Shown in pieces: positions 1 to 9,777 of a stretch of 64,000 bases of DNA. Origin of the DNA: Obrimoposthia wandeli. Taxonomy: Eukaryota. A program made the position numbers and the translations under genes. The stretch's first letter is position 1, and each line of letters opens with the position of its first letter. The notes below the pieces were generated by a model. That model was not told the origin of the DNA, made no database searches, and was given only the letters and a program-made list of their open reading frames with translations. The DNA is taken from contig CDROCS010004715.1 of assembly GCA_977020255.1 (NCBI GenBank), positions 1 through 64,000 on the forward strand, read 5' to 3'.

Positions 1-713
1 CAACTAACAGTGACGGTAGTGTAAGCATTCATGGTGTGATTAAAACCCGTGCGGGTGGCCATACTTGTGGTCTTGAGTGGGACGGTTCAGAGGCTGGCGG
101 CGAACGTAATGCCAAGTTTGATTGTTCTGGCAGCGCTGATCCACTAACGATTACCAGTTATACCGGTGGTTCTACTGAACGTGTTCGTATTACCTCTGAT
201 AACAACTGTGGCTTGCAGTGGGCTGGTGGCGATGCGGACAGTGATGGCGAACGTAATGCTAAATTTGATTGTGGCCCTGCTTGGGATGACATGACCTTAT
301 ATGGCGTTAAGTTACCCTCTGAATACCGTGAATTGAAAGTATTAGGCAAATGTATTGATGTCGCGCCAAGCAATTTCAGCAACGGTGCCAATGCCTACCT
401 TTGGGATTGTCACGGCGCTGATTGGCAGAAGTGGTACCACGAGCCAGGTACAGGCCTGATTCGCAGTAAGCATAATCCTAATTTCTGCTTAGACAGCACG
501 AATGGTAATGAGAACTTCACTAACGTCAGTATCTGGGCTTGTGAAAATCATCCTAATCTACAGTGGGATGTTGTTGGCGATACGATTCGTCCGCGCAAAA
601 ATCATGCGCTAGCGTTAGATATTCTGTATGGCAGCACCGATAACGGCGCTAACCTGCAGCTATACAAGGCGGACGGTAACGCAGCTCAGCAGTTCAGCTT
701 CGGCAGTAACTAA
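1..713 (+). CDS. 5'-truncated secreted-type protein: two Cys-bracketed ~49-aa repeats followed by a C-terminal ricin B (R-type) lectin domain
   Basis: The frame of ORF 36..713 stays open back to base 3 (TNSDGSVSIHG...), so the gene starts before the window. The C-terminus has ricin signatures (GKCIDV, LWDC...WQKW, FCLD, NLQW). Repeats: CGLEWDGSEAGGERNAKFDC and CGLQWAGGDADSDGERNAKFDC. Confidence 0.85.
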   Translation, partial: TNSDGSVSIHGVIKTRAGGHTCGLEWDGSEAGGERNAKFDCSGSADPLTITSYTGGSTERVRITSDNNCGLQWAGGDADSDGERNAKFDCGPAWDDMTLYGVKLPSEYRELKVLGKCIDVAPSNFSNGANAYLWDCHGADWQKWYHEPGTGLIRSKHNPNFCLDSTNGNENFTNVSIWACENHPNLQWDVVGDTIRPRKNHALALDILYGSTDNGANLQLYKADGNAAQQFSFGSN

Positions 714-736
714 ATCATCTTTTTTTAAACAATATT

Positions 737-760
737 AAGCCGCGCATTGCGCGGTTTTTT
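737..760 (+). terminator. Rho-independent terminator
   Basis: aagccgcgc-att-gcgcggtt followed by a T-run, 24 bp after the stop at 713. Confidence 0.8.
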
Positions 761-910
761 CTTATCTGTATATCTAGATTTTTTAGAAAAAATCATCGGC
801 AATAATAAAAATGAATAACGCGTTATGGCTTCGAAGGCGCATCGACCTATGAAAACGGTCAGTATTCCAAGCAGTAACTGTTATATTGTGTAAGCTCTTG
901 TTGCCAAGTA

Positions 911-939
911 TTGATATGTTGAGGGCATCTCTATAAATT
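911..939 (+). promoter_or_regulatory. Putative sigma70 promoter TTGATA-N17-TAAATT
   Basis: Both hexamers and the 17-bp spacing are kept in the second copy (5155..5183) although the spacer has diverged. Confidence 0.5.
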
Positions 940-982
940 CACAGCCTCAAATAAGCAAGCACAAAAAATTGGTCTTCACCCT

Positions 983-1540
983 ATGGCTCAACTCGGAAGT
1001 AACAACATTAAGAGTGATTTATTCTGGAACTTGCAAGAGGTTTCGAATAAAAGAGCGGGCCAAATATTAATCAAAACGCTATGTAAATACATTCCTACCT
1101 ATTCTTCAGGGGCTCAGCAAATATACTCGGAAGGTGAATGTCAATTCACCTCTATCGATCGTGTTGTTTTTCACCCGAATACTGCAGATTATACTCAGAC
1201 ATTTAGCCGTATTCCTGCATCAGCGGTTAGAAATACTTCGATTCATTTATTTACACACGCTAAGCAAGGATTAACCTTTCTGCAGCAAAAATCAGGTAAA
1301 GCTATAGGCAGCTCTGCTTTTTCAGCTACATTGAATCAAATCCTTAGCAATATTGATAAAAAGCAGGGGTTTATTCCGATATTGCAAAAATCGGATGTTC
1401 AGGATACTGCGGATAAAAAACCTTTGCTTAAACTCAGCACACTTGACATTAAATCTTTAGAAGTAGAATTTTCAAGTTTCGAAATATCTACAATGTTGAA
1501 TGAAATTAAGAAAGGGTTCATGGATTTAAACGCGCTTTAG
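983..1540 (+). CDS. Hypothetical protein, paralog 1 (185 aa)
   Basis: 177/185 aa identical to 5227..5784; many synonymous third-position differences show the frame is under selection. Confidence 0.85.
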   Translation: MAQLGSNNIKSDLFWNLQEVSNKRAGQILIKTLCKYIPTYSSGAQQIYSEGECQFTSIDRVVFHPNTADYTQTFSRIPASAVRNTSIHLFTHAKQGLTFLQQKSGKAIGSSAFSATLNQILSNIDKKQGFIPILQKSDVQDTADKKPLLKLSTLDIKSLEVEFSSFEISTMLNEIKKGFMDLNAL

Positions 1541-1617
1541 TATTACTTCACTCTGCTAGTCGCACTTTCGAAATCTTTCTTTTGTTAGAGCTGCCATATA
1601 TTCTAGAGTAGTCAGTA

Positions 1618-1815
1618 CTATACCTGCTCATCATCAGTGCTATCACTACCAGTCCTTTTGCCATCCCTGACCGTACTCACCACAATCCCCAGGAATGCTG
1701 TGATGACTAAAATAATAAACACCCATAAATGACCGATAAACCAGATAGAAATAACGAGAGTAATAGCGATTGCAAATCCTAATAGTAGTGCTCTTCTAAT
1801 CGACATGTTCACCAA
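1618..1815 (-). CDS. Small membrane protein with two predicted TM helices
   Basis: 65-aa ORF with two hydrophobic stretches and a charged C-terminal tail. Confidence 0.55.
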   Translation of the reverse strand: MVNMSIRRALLLGFAIAITLVISIWFIGHLWVFIILVITAFLGIVVSTVRDGKRTGSDSTDDEQV

Positions 1816-2040
1816 TACGTTACAATTTTAGTAAGTCATAGGGTGTTAGTGCACCCAGTACAGAGTATTTTTAGGTTGGAGCCTTTATCATAATAACCTA
1901 TAGCTTAAGTTATTAAATAGATATGTATTGTGAATGGATGAGATATCAATGTTGCTCAGGTTTCACTTCAGTCTTCTTTAATGACGCTTGGCACGGGGGC
2001 TAAGAATTTATACAATATGTCGGCATTTCAAGGAGTTTAT

Positions 2041-2958
2041 ATGTCTACTATTATCTTGCACCATTACGATGTTTCACCTTATTCAGAAAAGCTGCGCGCT
2101 CTTTTTGGTTATACCAACATGGCTTGGCAATCGTCAATCACTGAAGAAATGCCACCAAGACAAAAGTTGAAACCGTTAGCGGGTAATTATGGTCGTATCC
2201 CTGTTGCTCAAATAGGCGCTGATATATTTTGTGATTCCAATCTTATTTGCTCTGAACTGTCTCGTATAACTGCGAAACCTGAGTTAGCTTTAGAAGGCTG
2301 TAGCGCCGATGTTAATGACTTTGTGCGCAGAGTAGAGGGGGATATATTCTTTGCTTGTGTTTTGGCTGGCAGTACGAATAAGTTACATCGACGAATTTTT
2401 AAAAGTGTGGGTATTAAAGGCTTTGCTCGTTTGTTGATTGACCGATTGAATATGAGTCGAAAGGCAAAAATAAAAATGGTGAGTATGCTAGATGCAAATA
2501 AAATTGCCCTTCGTTTTTTAGAGGAGTTAGAAGGGAGGTTGGTCAGCGATTTTTTGTTTGGAAGTCAGCCTAATATTGCTGATTTTTCAGCTTACCATTG
2601 TATTTGGTTTATGCGCGATTTAGGCGGTAGAAATGTCGTTAAGAATTACCCTAGAGCTCTCATTTGGCTAGATAGAATAAAAGCGATGGGCGAAGGTGAG
2701 CGCGATGAGATTAATCCTCAGCAGGCTTTGGATATAGCAAAGCATGGAGCTCCTCGGGAGATTGCTACCGAGGATGCCCAGAGTGATTATTTGGGTAAAA
2801 CGGTGAGTATTGCTCCTAATGATTATCGACTCGATGCAACCGTTGGTATTCTTGTGGGGGAGTCGGACCAGCGCTGGATTATTGCTCGTGAGAACCCGGA
2901 TGTAGATCGGGTGCACGTTCATTTTCCTAAAACAGGATTTGAATTGGCCCTAGTTTAG
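2041..2958 (+). CDS. Glutathione S-transferase family protein with a C-terminal extension
   Basis: IILHHYDVSPYSEK start, RIPVAQIGADIFCDSNLI (cis-Pro loop and DS motif), FLFGSQPNIADFSAY. Start chosen at 2041 because of the AAGGAG RBS; the ORF track starts at 1981. Confidence 0.85.
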   Translation: MSTIILHHYDVSPYSEKLRALFGYTNMAWQSSITEEMPPRQKLKPLAGNYGRIPVAQIGADIFCDSNLICSELSRITAKPELALEGCSADVNDFVRRVEGDIFFACVLAGSTNKLHRRIFKSVGIKGFARLLIDRLNMSRKAKIKMVSMLDANKIALRFLEELEGRLVSDFLFGSQPNIADFSAYHCIWFMRDLGGRNVVKNYPRALIWLDRIKAMGEGERDEINPQQALDIAKHGAPREIATEDAQSDYLGKTVSIAPNDYRLDATVGILVGESDQRWIIARENPDVDRVHVHFPKTGFELALV

Positions 2959-3030
2959 GCTTTCAGGCTGAGGCATTGGACAAGTCTTGGGTTTTAATTT
3001 GGTTGCAGGCTAGTGATTAAGAAAAGTTAA

Positions 3031-4842
3031 TTAGAGTGGGCTGATGCTTAGCCATTTCAGCAACTTTTCTTCAATGATTTTAATCTCAATTGGCTTAGTT
3101 ATATAATCCGACATGCCTGCTGCTAAACACTTCTCTTTATCTCCTTTCATGGCATTGGCGGTCATTGCGATAATCGGTAGATTTTTATATTCGTCCTTCT
3201 CCCTCAGCTGCATGCTTGCTTGGTAGCCATCCATTTCTGGCATCTGGCAGTCCATAAATACGGCTTGATAGCGTTCGCTTCCGTTTTGCCAATTCTGATT
3301 AATCATTTCAATGGCTTGAATACCGTTTTTCGCCACATCCACTTTAATTGGAAAACCATCAAGTAATGCTTGAGCAACAATAATATTGATTTCACTGTCT
3401 TCAACTAATAATACCGGCAGGTACTTATCTTTTTCAATAATCGAGTTTTTTGAAGCTTCATCGTCGATGCATTTTTCAGCGTCTATTTTTTTAGTATCTA
3501 TTTTGTTAGTATCTATTTTTTCAGCGGCGCCCAATTCAATAGCAAAATGAAAGTGACTACCTTTTCCTTCAATACTACTCACGCCAATGAAACCTCCCAT
3601 CAATTCTGTTAACTGTTTAGAGATTGAAAGACCTAGCCCTGTGCCACCAAATCGTCTTGTAGTATTCGACTCCATTTGCAGGAAGGGAGTGAAGAGCTGT
3701 GAGATTTTATCTTGTGGAATACCTATGCCGGTATCTTTGATACTGAACGAAAGAAGGCATTTACCTTTATCTTTTTGGACCAGAGAAACGTTTAATGACA
3801 CACCACCTGAGAGAGTGAATTTAAGCGCATTGCTAATCAAGTTATCGATTACCTGTCGAAGCCGAATAGGGTCTCCAAAAACGATGTTCATGCATAAATC
3901 AATTTGGCAGTTAAGATAAAGCCCTTTTTTGTTTGCGCTCAAAGATTTTATTTGTTGAATTTCATCCAATAGCTTAGACAAATCAAAATCAATTTCTTCT
4001 AATTCAAGCTTGCCTGCCTCAATTTTATTTATATCAAGAATATCGTTGATAACCACCATTAGCGTATCTGAACTTGATCTGGCTAGGTCGAGATGGTTTT
4101 TCTGTGAGTCAGTAAGTGCTTCTTTCTTTAAAATATTCAGCATTCCGATGATTCCGTTCATCGGCGTACGGATTTCATGGCTCATATTTGCAAAAAATTC
4201 ACTTTTAATTTGACTTGCTCGTTCAGCTTGTTGTTCAGCCAGGACTCTAGCTTGAACTTCTTCAGAAAGTTTAATGACGGTATCAGATAGTTGATTTTCT
4301 GAAAAATGGATCTGTCTAAATAGACCGAATACAGAGAGTGAAATGATCACCAACTGACCCAGTTGATTAAGCCTATCTTGGCTTGCTTGAAAGCTTTCGG
4401 GCGTAATATTCTGAGGTGCACCTAGCCAATACTCCAGCAGAAAAAGGCACAGACCTGTTACGAGTGAAAATACAAAGGCAAAAATACCACCTTGCTTGCC
4501 CCCAATTAATGCACCAATTAGGGGCAGGGCCGCGAGCCACCCAGTAGCAGGGTTATCCAAACCACCACTGCTGTATGACGAATAGGCCACAGCAATACAA
4601 CAACCCGTGATCCCCAATACAGCGGCAACGGTTCTAGAACCTCCTTTTCTAAGAACAATAATACTGATAAAAACAAACCCGATACACAGAGATAGGCTTA
4701 ATACTCGGCCGTATAATTCCCATTGTAGTGAGCGAGCTAAAAAAATTGCACAAATGACTAAGATAGAATTTAACGTAAACGCCGCAGTGCGGCGCAGCCT
4801 TTCTTCGCGGATATCATGTATTTTCTTAATAAAATTGATCAT
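3031..4842 (-). CDS. Membrane-bound hybrid sensor histidine kinase (TM region, HisKA, HATPase_c, REC)
   Basis: H-box FFANMSHEIRTPMNG, N-box NLISNALKFT, G1 DTGIGI, G2 GGTGLGL, receiver VFMDCQMPEMDG. ATG 4842 preferred over TTG 4860. Confidence 0.93.
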   Translation of the reverse strand: MINFIKKIHDIREERLRRTAAFTLNSILVICAIFLARSLQWELYGRVLSLSLCIGFVFISIIVLRKGGSRTVAAVLGITGCCIAVAYSSYSSGGLDNPATGWLAALPLIGALIGGKQGGIFAFVFSLVTGLCLFLLEYWLGAPQNITPESFQASQDRLNQLGQLVIISLSVFGLFRQIHFSENQLSDTVIKLSEEVQARVLAEQQAERASQIKSEFFANMSHEIRTPMNGIIGMLNILKKEALTDSQKNHLDLARSSSDTLMVVINDILDINKIEAGKLELEEIDFDLSKLLDEIQQIKSLSANKKGLYLNCQIDLCMNIVFGDPIRLRQVIDNLISNALKFTLSGGVSLNVSLVQKDKGKCLLSFSIKDTGIGIPQDKISQLFTPFLQMESNTTRRFGGTGLGLSISKQLTELMGGFIGVSSIEGKGSHFHFAIELGAAEKIDTNKIDTKKIDAEKCIDDEASKNSIIEKDKYLPVLLVEDSEINIIVAQALLDGFPIKVDVAKNGIQAIEMINQNWQNGSERYQAVFMDCQMPEMDGYQASMQLREKDEYKNLPIIAMTANAMKGDKEKCLAAGMSDYITKPIEIKIIEEKLLKWLSISPL

Positions 4843-5090
4843 GCCTAACGACTCATACAAATTTTAATGATCCAGAATACTCTTAACAAGCGTAGCTGGG
4901 AAACGGTAAAGCAGGGGGCAAGCGGGCTACTGGTTAAGCAGTTTCGATAACTTTCACGAGAGAGCTGTGTTTATTACGTAATTTAGGTCGACAATTAAGT
5001 AGCGAAAATACTCAATGGATGCTCGTTTGGCGAAATGTAGGGCAGATTATCTACCCAAACACTTTCGTAAGTCTTTTTAGGTAAATAGGT

Positions 5091-5842
5091 CTATGACAGT
5101 GGCCGGAAAACCAAAAGGCAATCGTTAAACTTCGTAAACTGTTGTCGCCAAGTATTGATATATTGAGGCTATCGCTATAAATTAATAGAATCAAACAAGT
5201 AAACGCAAAACAGTGGTCTTTATCCTATGCCTCAACTCGGAAGTAACAACATTAAGAGTGATTTATTCTGGAACTTACAAGAGGTTTCAAATAAAAGAGC
5301 GGGCCAAATATTAATTAAAACCTTGTGTAAATACATCCCCACTTATTCTTCAGGGGCTCAGCAAATATATTCGGAAGGTGAATGCCAATTCACTTCTGTT
5401 GATCGTGTGGTTTTTCACCCGAATACTGCAGATTATACGAAAACTTTTAGCCGTATTCCTGCATCAGCGGTTAGAAATACCTCGATACATTTATTTGCAC
5501 ACGCTAAGCAAGGGTTAACCTTTCTGCAGCAAAAGTCAGGTAAGGCTATAGGCAGTTCTGCTTTCTCAGCGACATTGAATCAAATCCTTAGCAATATCGA
5601 TAAAAAGCAGGGGTTTATTCCCATATTGCAAAAATCAAATGTCCAAGATACCGCGGATAAAAAACCTTTACTGAAACTCAGTACCCTTGATATTAAATCT
5701 TTAGAAGCAGAATTCTCAAGTTTCGAAATATCGACGATGTTGAATGAACTTAAGAAAGGGTTTATGGAATTAAACGCGCTTTAGCGTTAATTCCTTCTGC
5801 TGCTCGTATTGCCGAAATATCTCTTTTGTTAGAGCAGTCATA
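5091..5842 (+). repeat. Direct repeat copy 2 (~750 bp)
   Basis: Colinear with 847..1598 at offset 4244 bp. Confidence 0.9.
5227..5784 (+). CDS. Hypothetical protein, paralog 2 (185 aa)
   Basis: 8 mostly conservative substitutions relative to 983..1540. Confidence 0.85.
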   Translation: MPQLGSNNIKSDLFWNLQEVSNKRAGQILIKTLCKYIPTYSSGAQQIYSEGECQFTSVDRVVFHPNTADYTKTFSRIPASAVRNTSIHLFAHAKQGLTFLQQKSGKAIGSSAFSATLNQILSNIDKKQGFIPILQKSNVQDTADKKPLLKLSTLDIKSLEAEFSSFEISTMLNELKKGFMELNAL

Positions 5843-5854
5843 CTCGAGATGCCC

Positions 5855-6730
5855 CTAGTATTTTTTTTGTGATTTCCGAACATTGATCAGCCCAGCCGCG
5901 ATGATAAATGCACTGCCCAGCCATGTTGTCCAAAGTGGCACCTCGTCCCAAAACAACCAGCCCATAAAAGCGCCATAGATCACCGACGAATACACATAAA
6001 TTCCAATCCTGCCTGTAGGGGCTGTGCGATAGGCTCGAGTTAGGGCTAATTGCCCTAAGGTTGCCACGGCGCCCATTAATAGAATCCAGCCCCAAGCCTG
6101 ATCGGGAACCGCCTGCCATGCATAAAAAGCTGGCGGGGCAGAAATGATTGCTGAAATCAGACCAAAGTAAAATACGATGGCAACACTGCTTTCAGTATCA
6201 CCCATTTTACGAATAGTCACCTTGGCTAGAGCTGCTAGCGCTGCCCCGATTAAGCCGATCACTGCGAAATAAGACATACTATCCGTGCCTGGTCGCAGTA
6301 TAAAAGCTACGCCGATAAAACCAATGATAATAGCCCAGCGGGTATTGGGCCCGATGCTTTCTTTTAACCAGAGGTAGGCAATTAAGGGCATGAAAAAAGG
6401 GCTGGTAAGTTTCACCAGAAATGCTTCCGCCAAAGGCATACGCGCCAGAACAAAGAAATAACAATACATGGCGCTTAATCCCACCAAAGCCCGCATCAGG
6501 TGCCAGTGAAATCTTTTGGTTTTTAGCTCAGAAAAACCCGTTTTCATCAGAATGGGCATTAGCATGAGTAAGCCCGCAGCATTGCGGAAAAACACTATTT
6601 GTTGGGTTGATAGGTCGGCAGACAAGTGTTTGATGATGCCTCCCATAATACCCAACAGAGCTTCGCCGAGTAATATCAGCAGAGCGCCTAAAATAATGGG
6701 ATGTGTGGGTAAGGCAGGGAGGCGAGGCAT
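5855..6730 (-). CDS. DMT/EamA family transporter
   Basis: About 10 hydrophobic segments in two repeats; QIVFFR, PLAEA, SPFF...LKE and IGFIGVAFILRPG motifs. Confidence 0.9.
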   Translation of the reverse strand: MPRLPALPTHPIILGALLILLGEALLGIMGGIIKHLSADLSTQQIVFFRNAAGLLMLMPILMKTGFSELKTKRFHWHLMRALVGLSAMYCYFFVLARMPLAEAFLVKLTSPFFMPLIAYLWLKESIGPNTRWAIIIGFIGVAFILRPGTDSMSYFAVIGLIGAALAALAKVTIRKMGDTESSVAIVFYFGLISAIISAPPAFYAWQAVPDQAWGWILLMGAVATLGQLALTRAYRTAPTGRIGIYVYSSVIYGAFMGWLFWDEVPLWTTWLGSAFIIAAGLINVRKSQKKY

Positions 6731-7101
6731 AATTATTGACTGACAGTTTCTTTAAGGGGAAAGGGTTTGAATCGCGCTGTATATTAAAGTATTAACGAAT
6801 TGATACTACCTCTGAGCAAAAAACTATCTCAATTTCGACTAGATTAACGCTAGCTGTTGTATTGCGGACGTTATTTGTCATTTATGGATACTGCTTCTTT
6901 TGAAAGTTATAATACGCTAACCGCGTATTATATTGCCAATGGCCAATCAAACTTTATTGGTAAGGTCATGGCTGACTTTACCGGTGGTGAGCTGATTGAA
7001 AAGGCGTTCCCATTATTTTGGTCGTCGCTTTTCTATAGTCGTTTCAAAATGAAACTTATGTTTTTTGAACTGTAAATATTACAGCTAGTGAGTCTCAATG
7101 C

Positions 7102-7893
7102 TTAGGGTTGAGACTTTTTATTGTAATTACCCTGTTTGAAATCATCAAAATACGCATCATATTGTCCCGTACTTCTGAACTTATTTAATGATTTATTAAA
7201 TAATATTGTTAAGGCTTTACTGCCTTTTAACTTTTTAGGGAATAAAAGGAAACTCGAATTGTTTAAATAGGGTTTCTTGTGGTGGGTTATCTTTTCCTGC
7301 TCTTTTTTTGAAAAATATTTTTTGAGTGTTTCCTGGCCAACATTCAGCTCAAATGGAAATAGATCTATGCGATTATACAGCAGTTTCTTAAAGTTTTGCT
7401 GGGGACGAATGACTAGGTCTATTAATACTTCTTCTTGTGATATTGCTTCGTCCAATTCAGGGCCGTAGCTGGAGGCGTTAATTCCTCCGATAGTAAAATC
7501 CTTTAAATTTTTGATTGTCTTCCAGTCAAATTGACGATCTTTGAGGTGAAAAAATACAAACTGTTCAATTAGCACTGCATCGCTGTATATAAAATCAATC
7601 TCCCTTTCTTTTTTATACATCCATACTGCTGTAACAGGAAATAATCCTTTGGCCGTATCGTTATAAGCTCTAGACCAAGGCAAAAACTGAATAGAAGCTT
7701 CTATACCTATATCTGTAAAAATATCGGTAATTATATGTGAAATAACACCATTGTGCTTTTGATCTTGTGAAATATAAGGTGGCCATTCACCCGTAGCGAT
7801 AATGATTTTTTCTTGAGCCAGAATGGCAGAAGAGAATATAAGTGAAAATAATGATATCGATATATAAGATATTAACTTGGATAATTTCATCAT
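7102..7893 (-). CDS. Periplasmic substrate-binding protein (family 3 type), orphan
   Basis: Signal peptide, ATGEWPPY, PWSRA, ERE..F.YSD motifs; no permease gene adjacent. Confidence 0.8.
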   Translation of the reverse strand: MMKLSKLISYISISLFSLIFSSAILAQEKIIIATGEWPPYISQDQKHNGVISHIITDIFTDIGIEASIQFLPWSRAYNDTAKGLFPVTAVWMYKKEREIDFIYSDAVLIEQFVFFHLKDRQFDWKTIKNLKDFTIGGINASSYGPELDEAISQEEVLIDLVIRPQQNFKKLLYNRIDLFPFELNVGQETLKKYFSKKEQEKITHHKKPYLNNSSFLLFPKKLKGSKALTILFNKSLNKFRSTGQYDAYFDDFKQGNYNKKSQP

Positions 7894-8325
7894 TTATAAA
7901 TGCCTAGAAAATCAATAAAGATAGCTTAACTTGTTGAAATTAAGTCTAGAGCCCATAGTCATTAAATCTGTATGGAAGTGATTGAAAAAACGTATCAGTG
8001 TCTGTCGTAAGTGATTTTCGCTTTGAATAGGAAGATAAGAGTCTACTATCTAACGTTGCTTATACCTTATTAGAATAAACAAGTTTTGCCAAGTGGATTG
8101 GATATTAGTCATGCAGTTTTTTTTAAAAGAGCGATTGGTAATACCAATACTCTATGCTTGTGGTATTGGTCGAATGTGTAGGGTGAAATTCGATAATTGA
8201 GAGCTGTAACGAAGAATCTCTGTATTAATAATTGTGCTCCTCTTTCGATACTGCTTTAATCTGACTCAAGTACAAATAATGTACGGCTTTAAATAATAAA
8301 AATAAAACCACTGTCAGGTATCAAA

Positions 8326-9777
8326 ATGAATAAACCACTCTTGATCAAAAAAATAGGATCAAAAGCCTTGTTGGGGCTTTTTTCCGGCTTAATCGGGTTC
8401 TCTCAAATCTCTGTCGCACATAATGATGCTGCTTATAGTCATGATTATCGCGCCGTTGCCTCTAACTCTGCCTGGATGGCGGGTGTTGATGGTAATAAGC
8501 GAGTCAGTGAATTATCGATTCCAGGTACCCACGATACGATGTCTATTCGTGCTGGCGATGCTTGGCAGAACCAAACCATGACGCTAGCACAGCAGCTAGA
8601 ATCTGGTGTTCGTGTTTTTGATATGCGTACTCGCCACATCAATAACGGCTTACGTATGCATCACGGGATTATCGCCCAAGATACGTATTTCAATAATGTA
8701 TTAAATGATATCGATGGCTTCTTAGCGGCTAATCCAAGCGAGACGGTTTTATTCCGTTTGCGTACTGAGCACACTTCAGAAAACAATACTGAAAGTTATA
8801 CTCAAACCTTGAATAAATATTTAGCCGTGAAAGGCGCTAAACGCTGGGTACCGACTAATTCAAACCCAACCCTTAATGAAATTCGTGGCAAGTTTGTAAT
8901 CTTACAAGAATTCTCTGGTTATGCGCCTGATGGTAAGCCTTATGGACTTTCTTATGGTGCGATTGATAAGCAAGACGACTATGCAATGTCGACGAACTGG
9001 GCACTGTATGACAAGTGGACGGCGGTTAAAAACCATTTAAACAAGTCAAAGAATGGTAATCGTAATACCATCTACATGAACTATCTTAGTGGTGCGAATG
9101 GTTCGTTCCCATACTTTGTTGTAAGTGGTCACTCTAGCCCAGGTACTTCGGCACCGCGTTTGGCGACTGGCCTTACGACTCCTGGTTGGAACAGTTCTTA
9201 CCCAGACTTCCCACGCGTTAGCTGCTTTATCGGTATTTGTACTATTGCCTTTGAAGGTACGAATACACTAACGGCAAACTACATCGCGAATTCAGCCTAT
9301 AACTCTGGTGTTGCCGGTATGGTGATGACAGATTTTCCAGGTAAGGGTTTTATTGAAAATATTATCCGTTTAAACAACGTTGCTGATTATCGCGAACTGC
9401 GTGATGCACGAACTGGCAAGTGTCTTGATTTTGAAGGTGTTACACCGGCTAATGGCAAGAAAGCTTTGCTTTGGGATTGTGCGAATGTTACTTGGCAGAA
9501 GTGGTCGTACGATGCGACGACAGGTCTGCTGCGTAATAAAGCGAACCCAGCTTACTGCTTAGATAATATGGGTCAGCCATATTCTGGTGGTGGCATTCAT
9601 ATGTGGCAGTGTAATGCGTCTAACGTGAATCAGCAGTGGAATTTTGTTGGTAATAACTTACGTCCTAAAGCAAATGGCTATATCTCTGTCGATGCTTATG
9701 GTCGTGATAACGGTTCTAAAGTAGGGCTTTGGTCGAATCATGGTGGATCGAATCAGCAGTGGAATTGGGGCAACTAG
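8326..9777 (+). CDS. Secreted phosphatidylinositol-specific phospholipase C (PI-PLC X domain) with C-terminal ricin B lectin
   Basis: Signal peptide; SELSIPGTHDT, QQLESGVRVFDMR and MHHG (the two catalytic His of bacterial PI-PLC); QxW-type ricin repeats at the C-terminus. Confidence 0.9.
   Translation: MNKPLLIKKIGSKALLGLFSGLIGFSQISVAHNDAAYSHDYRAVASNSAWMAGVDGNKRVSELSIPGTHDTMSIRAGDAWQNQTMTLAQQLESGVRVFDMRTRHINNGLRMHHGIIAQDTYFNNVLNDIDGFLAANPSETVLFRLRTEHTSENNTESYTQTLNKYLAVKGAKRWVPTNSNPTLNEIRGKFVILQEFSGYAPDGKPYGLSYGAIDKQDDYAMSTNWALYDKWTAVKNHLNKSKNGNRNTIYMNYLSGANGSFPYFVVSGHSSPGTSAPRLATGLTTPGWNSSYPDFPRVSCFIGICTIAFEGTNTLTANYIANSAYNSGVAGMVMTDFPGKGFIENIIRLNNVADYRELRDARTGKCLDFEGVTPANGKKALLWDCANVTWQKWSYDATTGLLRNKANPAYCLDNMGQPYSGGGIHMWQCNASNVNQQWNFVGNNLRPKANGYISVDAYGRDNGSKVGLWSNHGGSNQQWNWGN

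Larger units (their letters stand above)
847..1598 (+). repeat. Direct repeat copy 1 (~750 bp: promoter, 185-aa gene and 3' flank)
   Basis: Colinear without indels with 5091..5842 at a constant offset of 4244 bp: ctatga 847/5091, ttgata 911/5155, ATG 983/5227, stop 1540/5784, tttgttagag in both 3' flanks. Confidence 0.9.

Noticed and set aside
1575-1592. tttgttagagc in both 3' flanks of the duplicated gene as an integron attC core site
   Set aside because: Does not fit GTTRRRY, no RYYYAAC inverse core after the stop, and no integrase in the window.
1989-2003. TTGGCACG as a sigma54 -24 box before the GST gene
   Set aside because: No GC at the -12 position (GG-N10 is followed by AA).
3479-3523. 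15-bp tandem repeat encoding KIDTN-KIDTK-KIDAE in the hybrid kinase
   Set aside because: In-frame slippage in the HATPase-REC linker; no sign of phase variation.
6857-7075. 72-aa ORF between the DMT and SBP genes
   Set aside because: No RBS or recognisable motif; the central part looks coding-like and might be a gene scrap, but I cannot support it.
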